DNA of 64,000 nucleotides from Planctomycetota bacterium (GTDB lineage: Bacteria > Planctomycetota > PLA2 > JAEUHO01): contig JBFWRP010000003.1 in NCBI GenBank assembly GCA_050248855.1, positions 1 through 64,000 of the forward strand, in the 5' to 3' direction. Under the pieces are notes generated by a model. The model was not told where the DNA came from and searched no databases. It worked only from the letters and a program-made list of their open reading frames with translations. Shown piece after piece: positions 29,801 to 38,300 of this stretch (position 1 is its first letter; each line of letters begins with the position of its first letter). The position numbers and the translations under genes are program-made.

Positions 29801-30429
29801 GCAGCGCCTACGCGCGCATCCACCACGCCGGAGTCCTGCTCGCCCTGGGCGAGCGGGAGGAGGCTCGCACCTGCATCGCCGAGCTGGCCGACCTGGGCGA
29901 GCGTGCCGGCCTGAACCCCGCTCGCTTGTGGTCACGGGCCTTGGGCGCCATTGCGGATCTGCAGGTCGGTTCGCCCGCCGAGGCTGCGCGCGGCGTGGAA
30001 GCTGCGGTGGAGCTGGGAGCGGCATCGAGCGACTCCGGCAACCGTATCGAGACGACCGAGGCCCTTGCGCTGGCCTACCTTGCGCAGGGAGAGCGCGCCC
30101 CTCCCAGCTTGACCCGGCTTCCGCCCGACGACGAGGGGATCGACGGCGTCGCGCGCGTGCGCGCGCTGGCACGCGTCGCCGTGGGCGACTGCTCCCCCTC
30201 GGCATGTCGGCTGGCTGCGGAGCAGCTCCTGGCCCTCGTGGCCGGCGATCGGCAGGCCGAGCGGCACGCAACCGCGCACCTGCTCGAGGCCATGGCAGCC
30301 CGCGCCGACGGGAACGGGGCGGGTTACGTCCGCTCGCGGAACGCGGCACGCGAAGCTGCCCGCCGCATGGGGCATGTGGTGTTGGAGCAGGCCGTCGAGA
30401 GGCTTGGCGACGTGCCTCCGCCGGCGTGA
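26851..30429 (+). CDS. Ser/Thr kinase - STAND/AAA ATPase - TPR-like protein
   Basis: GSGAFATVY, HRDVKPANV, DFG, APE; FGRETEL, Walker A GRLGAGKS, Walker B LLVLLDDVH, GNPLY, FAH...R; start may be TTG 26893. Confidence 0.88.
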   Translation: MGYDPGRRGPGGAALRLQSGQRFADLLVEDEIGSGAFATVYRARDEVIGRRVALKVVERDRGPEGERRARSVLREARLMGALSSPHVVTLYRLHVADDESLVFEMELLDGGTLEQRLAEQGQLGESEIRYVVRGVLAALAAAHDQGVLHRDVKPANVLLGSGGAVKLADFGLGHLIGQESLSSQEGSRLAGTPAYMAPEVFAGRPASQASDLWSVGALLYRLLAGRLPFPAGSLAELYVALAEREPAPLDPHVPVDLAALCRACLRRQPEDRPPSAQAALDLLDGSPDVSRRIEPPSPPGARGGTPHRPQLFGRETELAALTRFAERVVHDRTGGLAWISGRLGAGKSSVLAAAGEQGRRLGMLVLSVPLATSGGLRRALARAARSKGAMSAPGELPSPPSDLLALLTSGEAEQAEPTRFAWTLERVLRELSEAAPLLVLLDDVHIVDVEDLRLLQEVVKHLADAPVAVIAAATDTDLEASTVHDADWWMALRDLQKQAGSEVIRLAALSPEALHALLEREAGSTPLGVSMLDVVLRKAEGNPLYALEVFRELARHGATASDLSQSAPALAAAGGAVPRHVRDIVAGRVALLDESDRMLLDAAAVDGVEFDGRAVASVLGRPLLPCLQRLQALQRQHGLVAAAKEGYRFAHVLYRDVIYEQIGGELRREVHRLLAEHLDQRRAAEPVEPHRLGRHWEHAGQPERARPYLAEAATQAVLRQENLRAVELAQRAGLLELSANDAIQAHADLLIGLAGCLADLGRRDESERLLRTLSEAAAAAGNEELTLRAYVVDAELRRQHAGPKELDPERLVDAAERLPEGRERGLALLCLARFELTRRGRADLASPFACQAEAVFRACGEDVLLCTTVAVRATVARALGHADDAEILWKTAADLARRLGRRTSAAVAEVNLAHLRFLKGTVEGVAGIYERAQRVFALSGLDERAAHTGVHLARVYEGEGRLADARRATQAAIAVLDASGSSASSAYARIHHAGVLLALGEREEARTCIAELADLGERAGLNPARLWSRALGAIADLQVGSPAEAARGVEAAVELGAASSDSGNRIETTEALALAYLAQGERAPPSLTRLPPDDEGIDGVARVRALARVAVGDCSPSACRLAAEQLLALVAGDRQAERHATAHLLEAMAARADGNGAGYVRSRNAAREAARRMGHVVLEQAVERLGDVPPPA

Positions 30430-30471
30430 CGTCGCAGCGGGTGATGCGTGGAGCCCGCGGCGGACCTTGGC

Positions 30472-31083
30472 TCACCGCCGCCGCTTGGAGGGCGGGATGA
30501 TCTCCTCGTAGTGGGCGAGGAACGCATCCACGGGGATGCGGGACACGGCGCGCGTGACGACGTCCAGCGGGATGTCCTCCAAGCGCTTGGCACGCACGCA
30601 GCCCTTGCCCATGTCGAGACGCTTGCCCGAGGCCTTCCACTCGCTGATGAACTGCTCGCGGTGGCCGTCGTCGGCGTAGATGCACATCAGGTACAAGCCG
30701 ATGTGGCTCTTCTGGGACGCGATGCTCGCAAAGGGCACGGGCTGCTTGGGATCGCAGTGGTAGCCCGCCGGATAGCGCGAGTGGGGCACGTACCACGCGA
30801 TCATGTTGTATTGCATGCCCTCCTCGTAGCCCGGCGGAAGCCCCTTGCGGATCGCCTCGCGAACGGCGCGCAAGGCTTCGGCACGCTCCGGCGGCAGCTT
30901 GGCCAGGTAGGCCTCGTGCGCCGCTTCGGCGCCGGGCGCGCGCGCCAAGCCGGCGCGCTTGGCAGGCGCCCGCTTCGCCGCGGGGGCCTTCTTGGTCGCG
31001 GCCTTCTTGGCGGCAGCCTTCTTCGCCGGCACCTTGGCCTTGCTCTTGGCGACTCGCGAGCTCGGACGCTTCTTGGCTGCCAT
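30472..31083 (-). CDS. DUF1801 domain protein with Lys/Ala-rich N-terminal tail
   Basis: ATG after AAGGAGG; LPPGYEEGMQYNMI, IASQKSHIGLY, LDMGKGCVR. Confidence 0.85.
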   Translation of the reverse strand: MAAKKRPSSRVAKSKAKVPAKKAAAKKAATKKAPAAKRAPAKRAGLARAPGAEAAHEAYLAKLPPERAEALRAVREAIRKGLPPGYEEGMQYNMIAWYVPHSRYPAGYHCDPKQPVPFASIASQKSHIGLYLMCIYADDGHREQFISEWKASGKRLDMGKGCVRAKRLEDIPLDVVTRAVSRIPVDAFLAHYEEIIPPSKRRR

Positions 31084-31127
31084 CGTCGCCTCCTTCGGGT
31101 CCTCCACGATACGTGCGGGCCGGCGCA

Positions 31128-31913
31128 TCAAGCCCGCGGGTGCAGCCGCTCCAGGAACGCGCGCACGGCCGCGGTGAACTCCGCGGGGGCCTCGAGGTTG
31201 CTGACGTGCCCGGCCCCCGCCAAGCGTACGAGCGTGGCGTCCGGCAGGGCTTGGACCAGCGCTTCGGCATCCGACGGCGGCGTCAACGTGTCCTCGTCGC
31301 CCACCACGACGAGAGCGGGCATCGTCATCGCCGGCAGGCGCTCACGCAGGTCCAGCCGTGCAGCCATCGCGCCCATCGCGAACGCGGCCCCCTCGGGCGA
31401 GGTGCCCTCGATCATCGCGCGCACGGCCGTGACCGCGGGCGTAGGAGGCGTGAGCCGCTCCTTGGGGAAGAGCGCCGGGAGCAAGCCGTCGGCGAACGCC
31501 GCCATGCCCTTGGCCCGCACGGCGCGGGCGGCCTGGGCGCGCTTGACGCGACCGGCGTTGTCGTCGGCGGCCGCCTTGGTGTCCGCAAGTACCAGCCCGT
31601 GGATGCGGCCAGGTTCGCGATCCGCGGCACGCAGCGCCACGTAGCCGCCCATCGACAGGCCGCCGAGGCACACCGACTCGAGCTCCAGGTGGTTCACCAG
31701 GTCCACGAAGTCGTCGACGAGGTCCTCGATGAACACCGGCCCCGGCCCGGCCGGGGAGCGGCCATGGCCCCGCAGGTCGAACGCGATCACCCGCCAGTCG
31801 TCGGCGAGGGCGTCCAGCTGGGGCCGCCACTGCTCCAGCGAGAAGGGGAAACCGTGGACCAGCACGAGGGCGGGCGCGGCGGACGGGCCGGTGTCGACGT
31901 GGTGCGGCAGCAT
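31128..31913 (-). CDS. Alpha/beta fold hydrolase
   Basis: LVHGFP, DLRGHGRS, GLSMGG, GDED, AGHVSNLE. Confidence 0.9.
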   Translation of the reverse strand: MLPHHVDTGPSAAPALVLVHGFPFSLEQWRPQLDALADDWRVIAFDLRGHGRSPAGPGPVFIEDLVDDFVDLVNHLELESVCLGGLSMGGYVALRAADREPGRIHGLVLADTKAAADDNAGRVKRAQAARAVRAKGMAAFADGLLPALFPKERLTPPTPAVTAVRAMIEGTSPEGAAFAMGAMAARLDLRERLPAMTMPALVVVGDEDTLTPPSDAEALVQALPDATLVRLAGAGHVSNLEAPAEFTAAVRAFLERLHPRA

Positions 31914-32107
31914 GGGGACTCCTGGGGGGACCGGACCGTACGGGCCTGCGGAGGGAAGGGCCAGCCCGGAGAAGGATCGCGCAAGGTGGCCGTGCGATCC
32001 TGCTCGCCGAAGCCCGCGCGGGCCGGACGCATGGGCTTTCGCCGGCGGTACGTCACTTGCCGCCCGCCTACCCCTGGGCAAGACTTCGGTGGCCCCTGGA
32101 GACCCTG

Positions 32108-33943
32108 ATGACGCTCGGCTTCCCCCCCCGGACCCGCCTCCTCGCCGCGCTCGTGGCGGGTCTCGTTCTTGGGGCCTGCGGGGGCGGCGGGGGCGGCAGT
32201 GCGCCCGCGCCGGCTCCCGTCGAGCTCGCGCGGGACCTCGGCACGATCCCGGCGACGTCCCCGACGTTCTTCGACCTGGAGGTCGTGAACCCCTTCGGCA
32301 GCGCAGGCGAGGTGACGCTCGAGAGCGTGGGGACCCCGCTGGTCGTGGGGCCCGGGGCCCTGCCGGCCGCCATCGGTGCCGGGGCCACCGTGCAGGTCTC
32401 GATGGCCTTCGTGCCCGCGGGCGAGGGCGCTGCCATGGGCGAGATCTCGGTCCGCCTCCGCGCAGGGACCCGCGAGCAGGTGCAGCTCACGCGCGTGACG
32501 GCGACGGCCGTGGGCGCCTCGCTGTCCGTGCCGGGCGGGCCCATCGACTTCGGGGACGTGCTGCCGGGCAGCTTCGCCAACCGCACCATCCTCCTCCAGA
32601 ACCAGTCCGTGCTGTCCCCGCTCAGCGTGACCTCGGTGGTCTCGTCGCATCCGGGCTTCGTGGCCATCACGCCCTTCCCCCTCCAGGTCCCCGCGGGCGG
32701 CTCGGCGTCGCTGGTGCTGCGCTACAACGGCTCGACGCCGGGAACGCCGACGACCACGTTCACGGTCACCAGCAACGCGGTCAACGGGCCGCACGCCATC
32801 CAGGCGCTGGGCACGACGGGTGGGCAGGAGATCATCGACCTGGGCGCGCAGGCCTTCGATGGCAACGGCGACACGGCGGCCATGACGTTCGACGTGCCCC
32901 CCGACGCGATCAGCTTCATGATCGAAGCCACCGTGTCAGGCAACACGCAAGTCGGCCTCCGGCGCCTCACGGGCCCGGGCGGGAAGGTCTACGAGAACGA
33001 GCAGCTCACGGGCGCATACATCTGGACGCCCGCGTCGCCCGTGTTCACGGCCCAGGTCCCGAACACCGACCGCACGGACGTGCAGCTCGTCCCCGGAGGC
33101 GGGACCTACACCCTGCGTCTCCTGCGCTGGTCCGGCAGCGCATCGTCGACCTCCGTCAAGGTCATCGTGCAGCGGCGCCCGCGCACGGGCACGGACGTGC
33201 TCTCCACGCTCGACCTGAACGTCTTCCTGGCCAACGTCATCACGCCCAAGGCGAACACGGCGGCGGGCGACAGCACGCTGCAGACCGTGTTCGGCGTCAT
33301 GGACAACATCCTCCAGCAGCAGGGCATCCGGCTGGGAGACATCGACTACTACGACATGACCAACTCGGCCTATGACGACGTCACGCAGGGCGAGTTCGGT
33401 CCCATGCTCGCCACCAGCAGCGCGGCCAGCGAGCGGCGCCTCAACCTGTTCTTCGTGCGTACGGCGCTGGGCGGTGGCGTCTTGGGCGTGGCCGCGACGA
33501 TCGGAGGGCCGTCCGTCAACGGCACCCAGCTCTCCGGCGTGATGAGCCTCTACGACCCCGGCAACGCCAACCTGGTAGGGCTCGTGGCCGCACACGAGAT
33601 CGGCCACTTCGTCGGGCTCGCCCACACCGTCGAGTCCGCCCAGAACGGCGGCGGGCACGATGACATCACGGACACGCTGGAGTGCCCGTCAACGGGAACG
33701 AACAGCGTCTGCTCCACGGCGGGCGGCGGCTACCTCATGCACTGGCAGGCCGTCGGAGGCAGCACGATCACCGACGGCCAGGGCCTGGTGATCCGCGGCC
33801 ATCCCCTGATGGGGCCGCGGCTGCTCGGCGGCAGCCCGCTGTTCGGCAAGCCGTTCCTGCCACCGCCCGAGATCGAGATCACGGTCGACATCTCGCCCGA
33901 CTGGTGCGGCACGTGTCGGCAGCTCGGGCCCAAGGGCAACTGA
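32108..33943 (+). CDS. Lipoprotein with choice-of-anchor D/ASH-like Ig domains and a metzincin metalloprotease domain
   Basis: Lipobox LGAC; IDFGDVLPG; HEIGHFVGLAH zinc motif; Met-turn YLMHW. Confidence 0.8.
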   Translation: MTLGFPPRTRLLAALVAGLVLGACGGGGGGSAPAPAPVELARDLGTIPATSPTFFDLEVVNPFGSAGEVTLESVGTPLVVGPGALPAAIGAGATVQVSMAFVPAGEGAAMGEISVRLRAGTREQVQLTRVTATAVGASLSVPGGPIDFGDVLPGSFANRTILLQNQSVLSPLSVTSVVSSHPGFVAITPFPLQVPAGGSASLVLRYNGSTPGTPTTTFTVTSNAVNGPHAIQALGTTGGQEIIDLGAQAFDGNGDTAAMTFDVPPDAISFMIEATVSGNTQVGLRRLTGPGGKVYENEQLTGAYIWTPASPVFTAQVPNTDRTDVQLVPGGGTYTLRLLRWSGSASSTSVKVIVQRRPRTGTDVLSTLDLNVFLANVITPKANTAAGDSTLQTVFGVMDNILQQQGIRLGDIDYYDMTNSAYDDVTQGEFGPMLATSSAASERRLNLFFVRTALGGGVLGVAATIGGPSVNGTQLSGVMSLYDPGNANLVGLVAAHEIGHFVGLAHTVESAQNGGGHDDITDTLECPSTGTNSVCSTAGGGYLMHWQAVGGSTITDGQGLVIRGHPLMGPRLLGGSPLFGKPFLPPPEIEITVDISPDWCGTCRQLGPKGN

Positions 33944-35755
33944 TCATCGGACGGCCGAGAGGCCGTAGAGGGTCTCCGAGGCCACGAAGCAGTAGCCGGT
34001 CGTCGCCGCGCGCACCGCCTCGTCGCCGCGCTCCAGGATCCAGCGCCCCAGCGCGCGGCGCACGCGCACTTGGTCGCGGCGCGAGGCGCCCTTCGCCTCG
34101 GCGCGCTCCAGCCAGCGCCACGCCGTCTCCACGGCCCACGGGTGCCAGAGGAAGTTGATGCCCTCGGTCCGACTGTCCTTGCGGCCCTCGTGGTTGGTGA
34201 AGGACACGGCGAACTCGCCCATGTCGTAGGCGTCCTCCAACGACGCGTCTTCCAGGCGCAGCAGGAGGTCGGGGATCGCCGCTTCGATGGCGTCCGACAG
34301 CGCCAGCCCCGCTTCGCGTTCGGCGCGCAGGAGCAGGGCCAGGATCTGCATGCTGAGCCCCGCGGAGATCTTGTCGCTGGGGTCGTTCGTGCGCCGCCAC
34401 CCCGGGGGTTGCCGGTCGGTCTCGAAGTGCCGGGCCAGGAAGCGCACGCTTTGCCCGAGCAGGCGATCGCGCTCGGCGTCCGCCCCATGCCAGCCCAGGC
34501 CCGCGGCACGCAGCTCGAGCAGCGCCAAGACGGCCATGGTCGTGCTGTACGGGCTGTGCCGCAGCAGATCGTCCTGCTGCGGGAAGATGTTCCAACCCCC
34601 CGTGTCCATGGGGCGGTACAAGTCCGCCGCGCGTTGGGCGCGATCGAGATGGGCGAGTGCGCGCTCGCGCGCCGCACCCTCCAGGAACCCGGGACGCGCC
34701 AAGGCCAAGGCCAGGGCGGACACGGTCCAGAGGGCGGGCTCGATCTCGGTGTACGCCATCCCGGCGTGCGCCAGCCAGCCGAAGGCGGTCCCGTCCACCT
34801 CGATGAAGTGCCGATCCGCGAAGGGCACTTCCAAGGCGGCGCGCAGGCGCTCGGCGTGGGCCGACCCAAGCTCCGGCGCGCGGAAGAGCGCGGTCAGCGC
34901 TTGGCACGAGCTCCAGACGTCGCTCGTGTCCGCGTCGGGCGCGTCGAACGCGTTGCGCAACAGGCCGTCCTCCGTGGCCAGCCCCAGCAAGGCTTCGCAC
35001 AGGCGTGTTCGAAGCGCCGGTACAGCCGCTTGGATCTCCTCCACCGTCGGCGCGGGCCGGAGCACGGACCAGTCGCGCTCGTCGATGGCGTCCCGGATGG
35101 CCGCGCCGCCCGGAAGCGCGATACCGGCGTCCGCAAGAGCCACCCAGCCGAGCGGCAGCGCCACGACCGCGGCGACGCGCCCCACGCGTCCGAAGAGGCG
35201 CGCCCAGCTGAAGGGGCGCTGCACGAAGACCCACGTGCTCCCCAGGCCCTTCAGCTTGGCCTTCATCTTCGTGAAGGCCGCTTCGAGCTCGTTTTCCTGG
35301 CGGCGCACGGCGGCGTGCACGCTGGCGTCCAGCGCAAGGCCCTCGGGTCGCGCGAGATGCTGCAGGCGGCTGGCCACGTTGATGGCGCGCCCGTAGTAGT
35401 CGTCGCTGCGGTGCACCTCGCCGAAGGCCACGCCGATTCCCACACGCGTCGGCAGGTCCGCGCCGGCCTCGCGCTGACGCGTGGCCCAGGCGGCAAACGC
35501 CGTACGCGCGCGTCCCGCCGCCGCGACCACCGCCTCGGCGAGCGCCGGGTCCAGCTCCCCGTGCACCTCCCAGATCAACAGGTGCCCGTCGCCGAGGTTC
35601 TTGACGAAGGTGGGGGGGCGGTCCGCGAAGCAGTCGAGCACGATGCGGTGCGCCGCGGTCGCGTACGTGCCCAGGTCGTGCGCGCCCACGCGGCGGCTGG
35701 CCGCCGTGAAGCCACGGATGTCGTAGATGAGGGTCAGCGCCGAGAGGGACGACAC
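33944..35755 (-). CDS. Class III adenylate cyclase - TM - alpha/alpha-barrel-like domain
   Basis: YDIRGFT, KNLGDG, DYYGRAINVASRL; TM helix; GW-containing helical repeats; GTG start at 35755 assumed. Confidence 0.8.
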   Translation of the reverse strand: MSSLSALTLIYDIRGFTAASRRVGAHDLGTYATAAHRIVLDCFADRPPTFVKNLGDGHLLIWEVHGELDPALAEAVVAAAGRARTAFAAWATRQREAGADLPTRVGIGVAFGEVHRSDDYYGRAINVASRLQHLARPEGLALDASVHAAVRRQENELEAAFTKMKAKLKGLGSTWVFVQRPFSWARLFGRVGRVAAVVALPLGWVALADAGIALPGGAAIRDAIDERDWSVLRPAPTVEEIQAAVPALRTRLCEALLGLATEDGLLRNAFDAPDADTSDVWSSCQALTALFRAPELGSAHAERLRAALEVPFADRHFIEVDGTAFGWLAHAGMAYTEIEPALWTVSALALALARPGFLEGAARERALAHLDRAQRAADLYRPMDTGGWNIFPQQDDLLRHSPYSTTMAVLALLELRAAGLGWHGADAERDRLLGQSVRFLARHFETDRQPPGWRRTNDPSDKISAGLSMQILALLLRAEREAGLALSDAIEAAIPDLLLRLEDASLEDAYDMGEFAVSFTNHEGRKDSRTEGINFLWHPWAVETAWRWLERAEAKGASRRDQVRVRRALGRWILERGDEAVRAATTGYCFVASETLYGLSAVR

Positions 35756-35805
35756 GTTGGCCGGAGTGTAGGCGAAACGCGCGCCCGAGTGTTCCTGTCG
35801 GGCAC

Positions 35806-36807
35806 TCAGCAGGCCTCGAGCAGCGCGGCGTGAACGGCTGGCGTGGCGCACAGGATCCCGCGATTGGCCTCCAGGGTCGCGCCCCGGGTGAAGTCCAGCT
35901 CGTGGCCATCGATGTCCGTCACGAGGGCGCCGGCCTCCGTGGCGACCACGAAGCCCGCGGCGTGGTCCCACACGTTCTCGCGCCGCGCTTCGTCCGTCGG
36001 GATGCGCAGGTAGGCGTGGATGTCGCCGCGTGCGACGAGTGCGTACTTGGCCTGGCTGTCCACGGCGACGGCCTTGTAGGGGAGTCCGGCACGGCCGAGC
36101 CACGCGTCCACCGCCTCGCGGTTGGCGTGACGCGGCTCCCAAGGCACGCCGATCCGGACCACCTGCCCCGGCCGCCATGGGGCCGCGGCGACGTGCCGCC
36201 GTGCGTCGTCGGCGAGGTCGATCTCGACGGTCCCGGAGCCGCGGCGTGCGGCCACGAGGCGTCCCGGAGGGCGTGCCGGAGAGGGATCCGGCGAGCCCTC
36301 GGGGCCCAGGTGGGGGCAGCCGAGGACGCCCACGGTGGGCGCGCCACCTTCGAGGTACGCGAGGCAGATCGCGTACTGCATGCCGCGCAGGAAGCCCGAC
36401 GTGCCATCCACGGGGTCGAGGATCCAGTGCGGCGAGCGCGGGTCGCCGGGAGGGGGAGCGTCGAGCAGCCGACGGAGGTCGTCCGGACGCGCACCGGGCC
36501 AGCGTTCCCGGACGAGTTCGAGGAGGCTCTGCGCCAGGGCGGTGCCTTGCGGGCCTCCGAGCGGCACCGACGTTTCCTCCGCGCGCCGCGGCGCGTCCGA
36601 CCCGATCGTGTGGGCCATGAGGATCTGGGCCGCCAGGTCCGCGACGGTGACGGGCGAGGCGTCGGCCTTGGCGCGCGCCTCGGAGGCGCGCCGTCCTTCG
36701 TCCACGGCCCACGAGGCGGACACGGCTTCGGTGGCCCACGCGGCCTCGCGTACGGCGCGGAGCGCCAGCTCGAAGCGCTCTTCCGCCCCCGCGTCGGGTG
36801 CGTCCAT
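35806..36807 (-). CDS. 3'(2'),5'-bisphosphate nucleotidase, HAL2-like (inositol monophosphatase family)
   Basis: KADASPVTVAD, DPVDGT.GFLRG.QYA, GVLGCP, DSQAKY, WDHAAG. Confidence 0.88.
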   Translation of the reverse strand: MDAPDAGAEERFELALRAVREAAWATEAVSASWAVDEGRRASEARAKADASPVTVADLAAQILMAHTIGSDAPRRAEETSVPLGGPQGTALAQSLLELVRERWPGARPDDLRRLLDAPPPGDPRSPHWILDPVDGTSGFLRGMQYAICLAYLEGGAPTVGVLGCPHLGPEGSPDPSPARPPGRLVAARRGSGTVEIDLADDARRHVAAAPWRPGQVVRIGVPWEPRHANREAVDAWLGRAGLPYKAVAVDSQAKYALVARGDIHAYLRIPTDEARRENVWDHAAGFVVATEAGALVTDIDGHELDFTRGATLEANRGILCATPAVHAALLEAC

Positions 36808-36828
36808 GGGCCTGCCTCCCCAACCTCG

Positions 36829-37479
36829 TCAGGGCATGGTCTCGTACGTGATGACAAGCTCGGCACGCTGGCCGGTGCGGTACTCGTTGTCGCCCGTCTC
36901 GAAGCCGAACCAGTCGTCGCGCAGGTCGCCGTCCGTGCCGCCGAACAGCCGGAGGCGCACGTCGGTTCGCGAGCGCATCTCGTCCACGTCCTCCTGCACC
37001 ATCGTCGTGATCTCGATCTCGCGCGTGACCAGCAGGCTGTTCATCGTGACGCTGGTGGGGCTGCTGAGCGCCAGCGACGAGAAGTCCGTGCCGTCGAGCG
37101 CGGCGCCGATGTCCACGCGCTCGATGAGGAGCGGGTCGATCAGCAGGGGCTCACCGACGACGCGGGTGGTGCGTAGCCGGAGGGCGGCCGACGTGATCCG
37201 GGCGCCCATGGGAACGTCGTACAGCGGGAAGGCGAGCAGCATGCGCATTTCCTGGTTGGACGCGAGGTCGCCCACGTTGGGGAGCCCACCCTGTACGGTG
37301 ACCTCACCATCCGAGCGCACGACGCCGTCGAGCGCGCCCAGGCTGGGGATCTCGAGACTGCGGCGCCTCAGGTCGGAGGTCCCCCCGGCGCCGCACGCGG
37401 CGAGCGGGGCCAGCAGGGACGCTGCTGCGATCCATGCCACATGGCGTCCCTTCTGCTTCGGTGAGCGAGCTCGACGCAT
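36829..37479 (-). CDS. Lipoprotein with DNRLRE-like domain (paralog of 19357..20007)
   Basis: Lipobox LAAC; VPMGARITSAALRL, ELVITY; start uncertain. Confidence 0.65.
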   Translation of the reverse strand: MRRARSPKQKGRHVAWIAAASLLAPLAACGAGGTSDLRRRSLEIPSLGALDGVVRSDGEVTVQGGLPNVGDLASNQEMRMLLAFPLYDVPMGARITSAALRLRTTRVVGEPLLIDPLLIERVDIGAALDGTDFSSLALSSPTSVTMNSLLVTREIEITTMVQEDVDEMRSRTDVRLRLFGGTDGDLRDDWFGFETGDNEYRTGQRAELVITYETMP

Positions 37480-37589
37480 TCGAGGGACGGTGGCGCTGCG
37501 GCGCATGGGTGGCTCCCGTCGTCCGACGCCCTGCCCGGTCATGGGCTTCCCGGGGCAGGGCGAAGGGCCGCCGGTATCTTGGCCCGACC

Positions 37590-38021
37590 ATGGGCCCCCC
37601 GGGCGATCGCACGCGCGAGTTTCTCGATCGGCGGACTTCCATCGCGATCCTCGCGACGGTCGGGGCCCACGGCGTGCCGGAGTCGTGCGTCCTCGTGGCC
37701 CCGCGGCTGCTGGAGGACGGCAAGATCGCCGGGGGCGAAGAAGAGCACGTGGGTTCCAACGTCTTCCGCAACCTGCGGCGCCAGCCCCGCGCCTCGCTCT
37801 TGGTCCTCGACCCGATCATGGACCCCCGGGCCCGCGATGGCGTGCGTCTGGAGGTCGAGTTCCTGGGGGCCGAGGACGACGGCGAGGGGCTGGACCACAT
37901 CAACGCCTGGCTTGGCAGCTTCGCACCCGGTCGCCGTGTGGTCCGGCGCCTGCTCTTCAAGCTGATCTCCAGCACGCCCTACCGCCCGCCTCCCGAGGGG
38001 CCGGTCCTGCTCGGTACCTGA
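37590..38021 (+). CDS. Pyridoxamine 5'-phosphate oxidase-like FMN-binding protein
   Basis: ILATVG..GVP, RNLRRQPRASLLV. Confidence 0.6.
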   Translation: MGPPGDRTREFLDRRTSIAILATVGAHGVPESCVLVAPRLLEDGKIAGGEEEHVGSNVFRNLRRQPRASLLVLDPIMDPRARDGVRLEVEFLGAEDDGEGLDHINAWLGSFAPGRRVVRRLLFKLISSTPYRPPPEGPVLLGT

Positions 38022-38042
38022 TCGGGCGCGGCGGGATGTAAA

Positions 38043-38287
38043 CGTTCGGCCCCTGGGGTGCGGACGTGCGGCTCGCCAGATGCTCGGTCCCGCACCCGCA
38101 TCGGCTCCTCGAGTGAACAGACCACGAATCTTCACGTCCCTCTCCGACGACGTTCCCATCTCGCGGGAGGCGATGCTCTCGCGTTCGGGCCTGGATGGGA
38201 TGCCGGGTGCCGATGAGGAGGACGCCGCGTGGTTGACCACGCAAGGACGACGAAGCGGTGCTCCGGCGCCCAGCCCGGGCCTGAACG
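38043..38287 (+). ncRNA. Candidate structured non-coding RNA (6S-like closed rod)
   Basis: 5' CGTTCGGCCC/CTGGG pairs with 3' CCCAG/GGGCCTGAACG; internal stems TCCCATC/GATGGGA and GCGTGG/CCACGC; strand assumed. Confidence 0.35.
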
Positions 38288-38300
38288 CTTGCCGCGCGAT

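Noticed and set aside
35756..36823. N-terminal extension or fusion of the cyclase with the nucleotidase
   Set aside because: An alternative frame over the HAL2-like gene, which has its own stop at 35806
38043..38287. Retron msr-msd, tmRNA or RNase P RNA
   Set aside because: No reverse transcriptase nearby, no tRNA-like CCA end, no GAGGAAAGTCC signature
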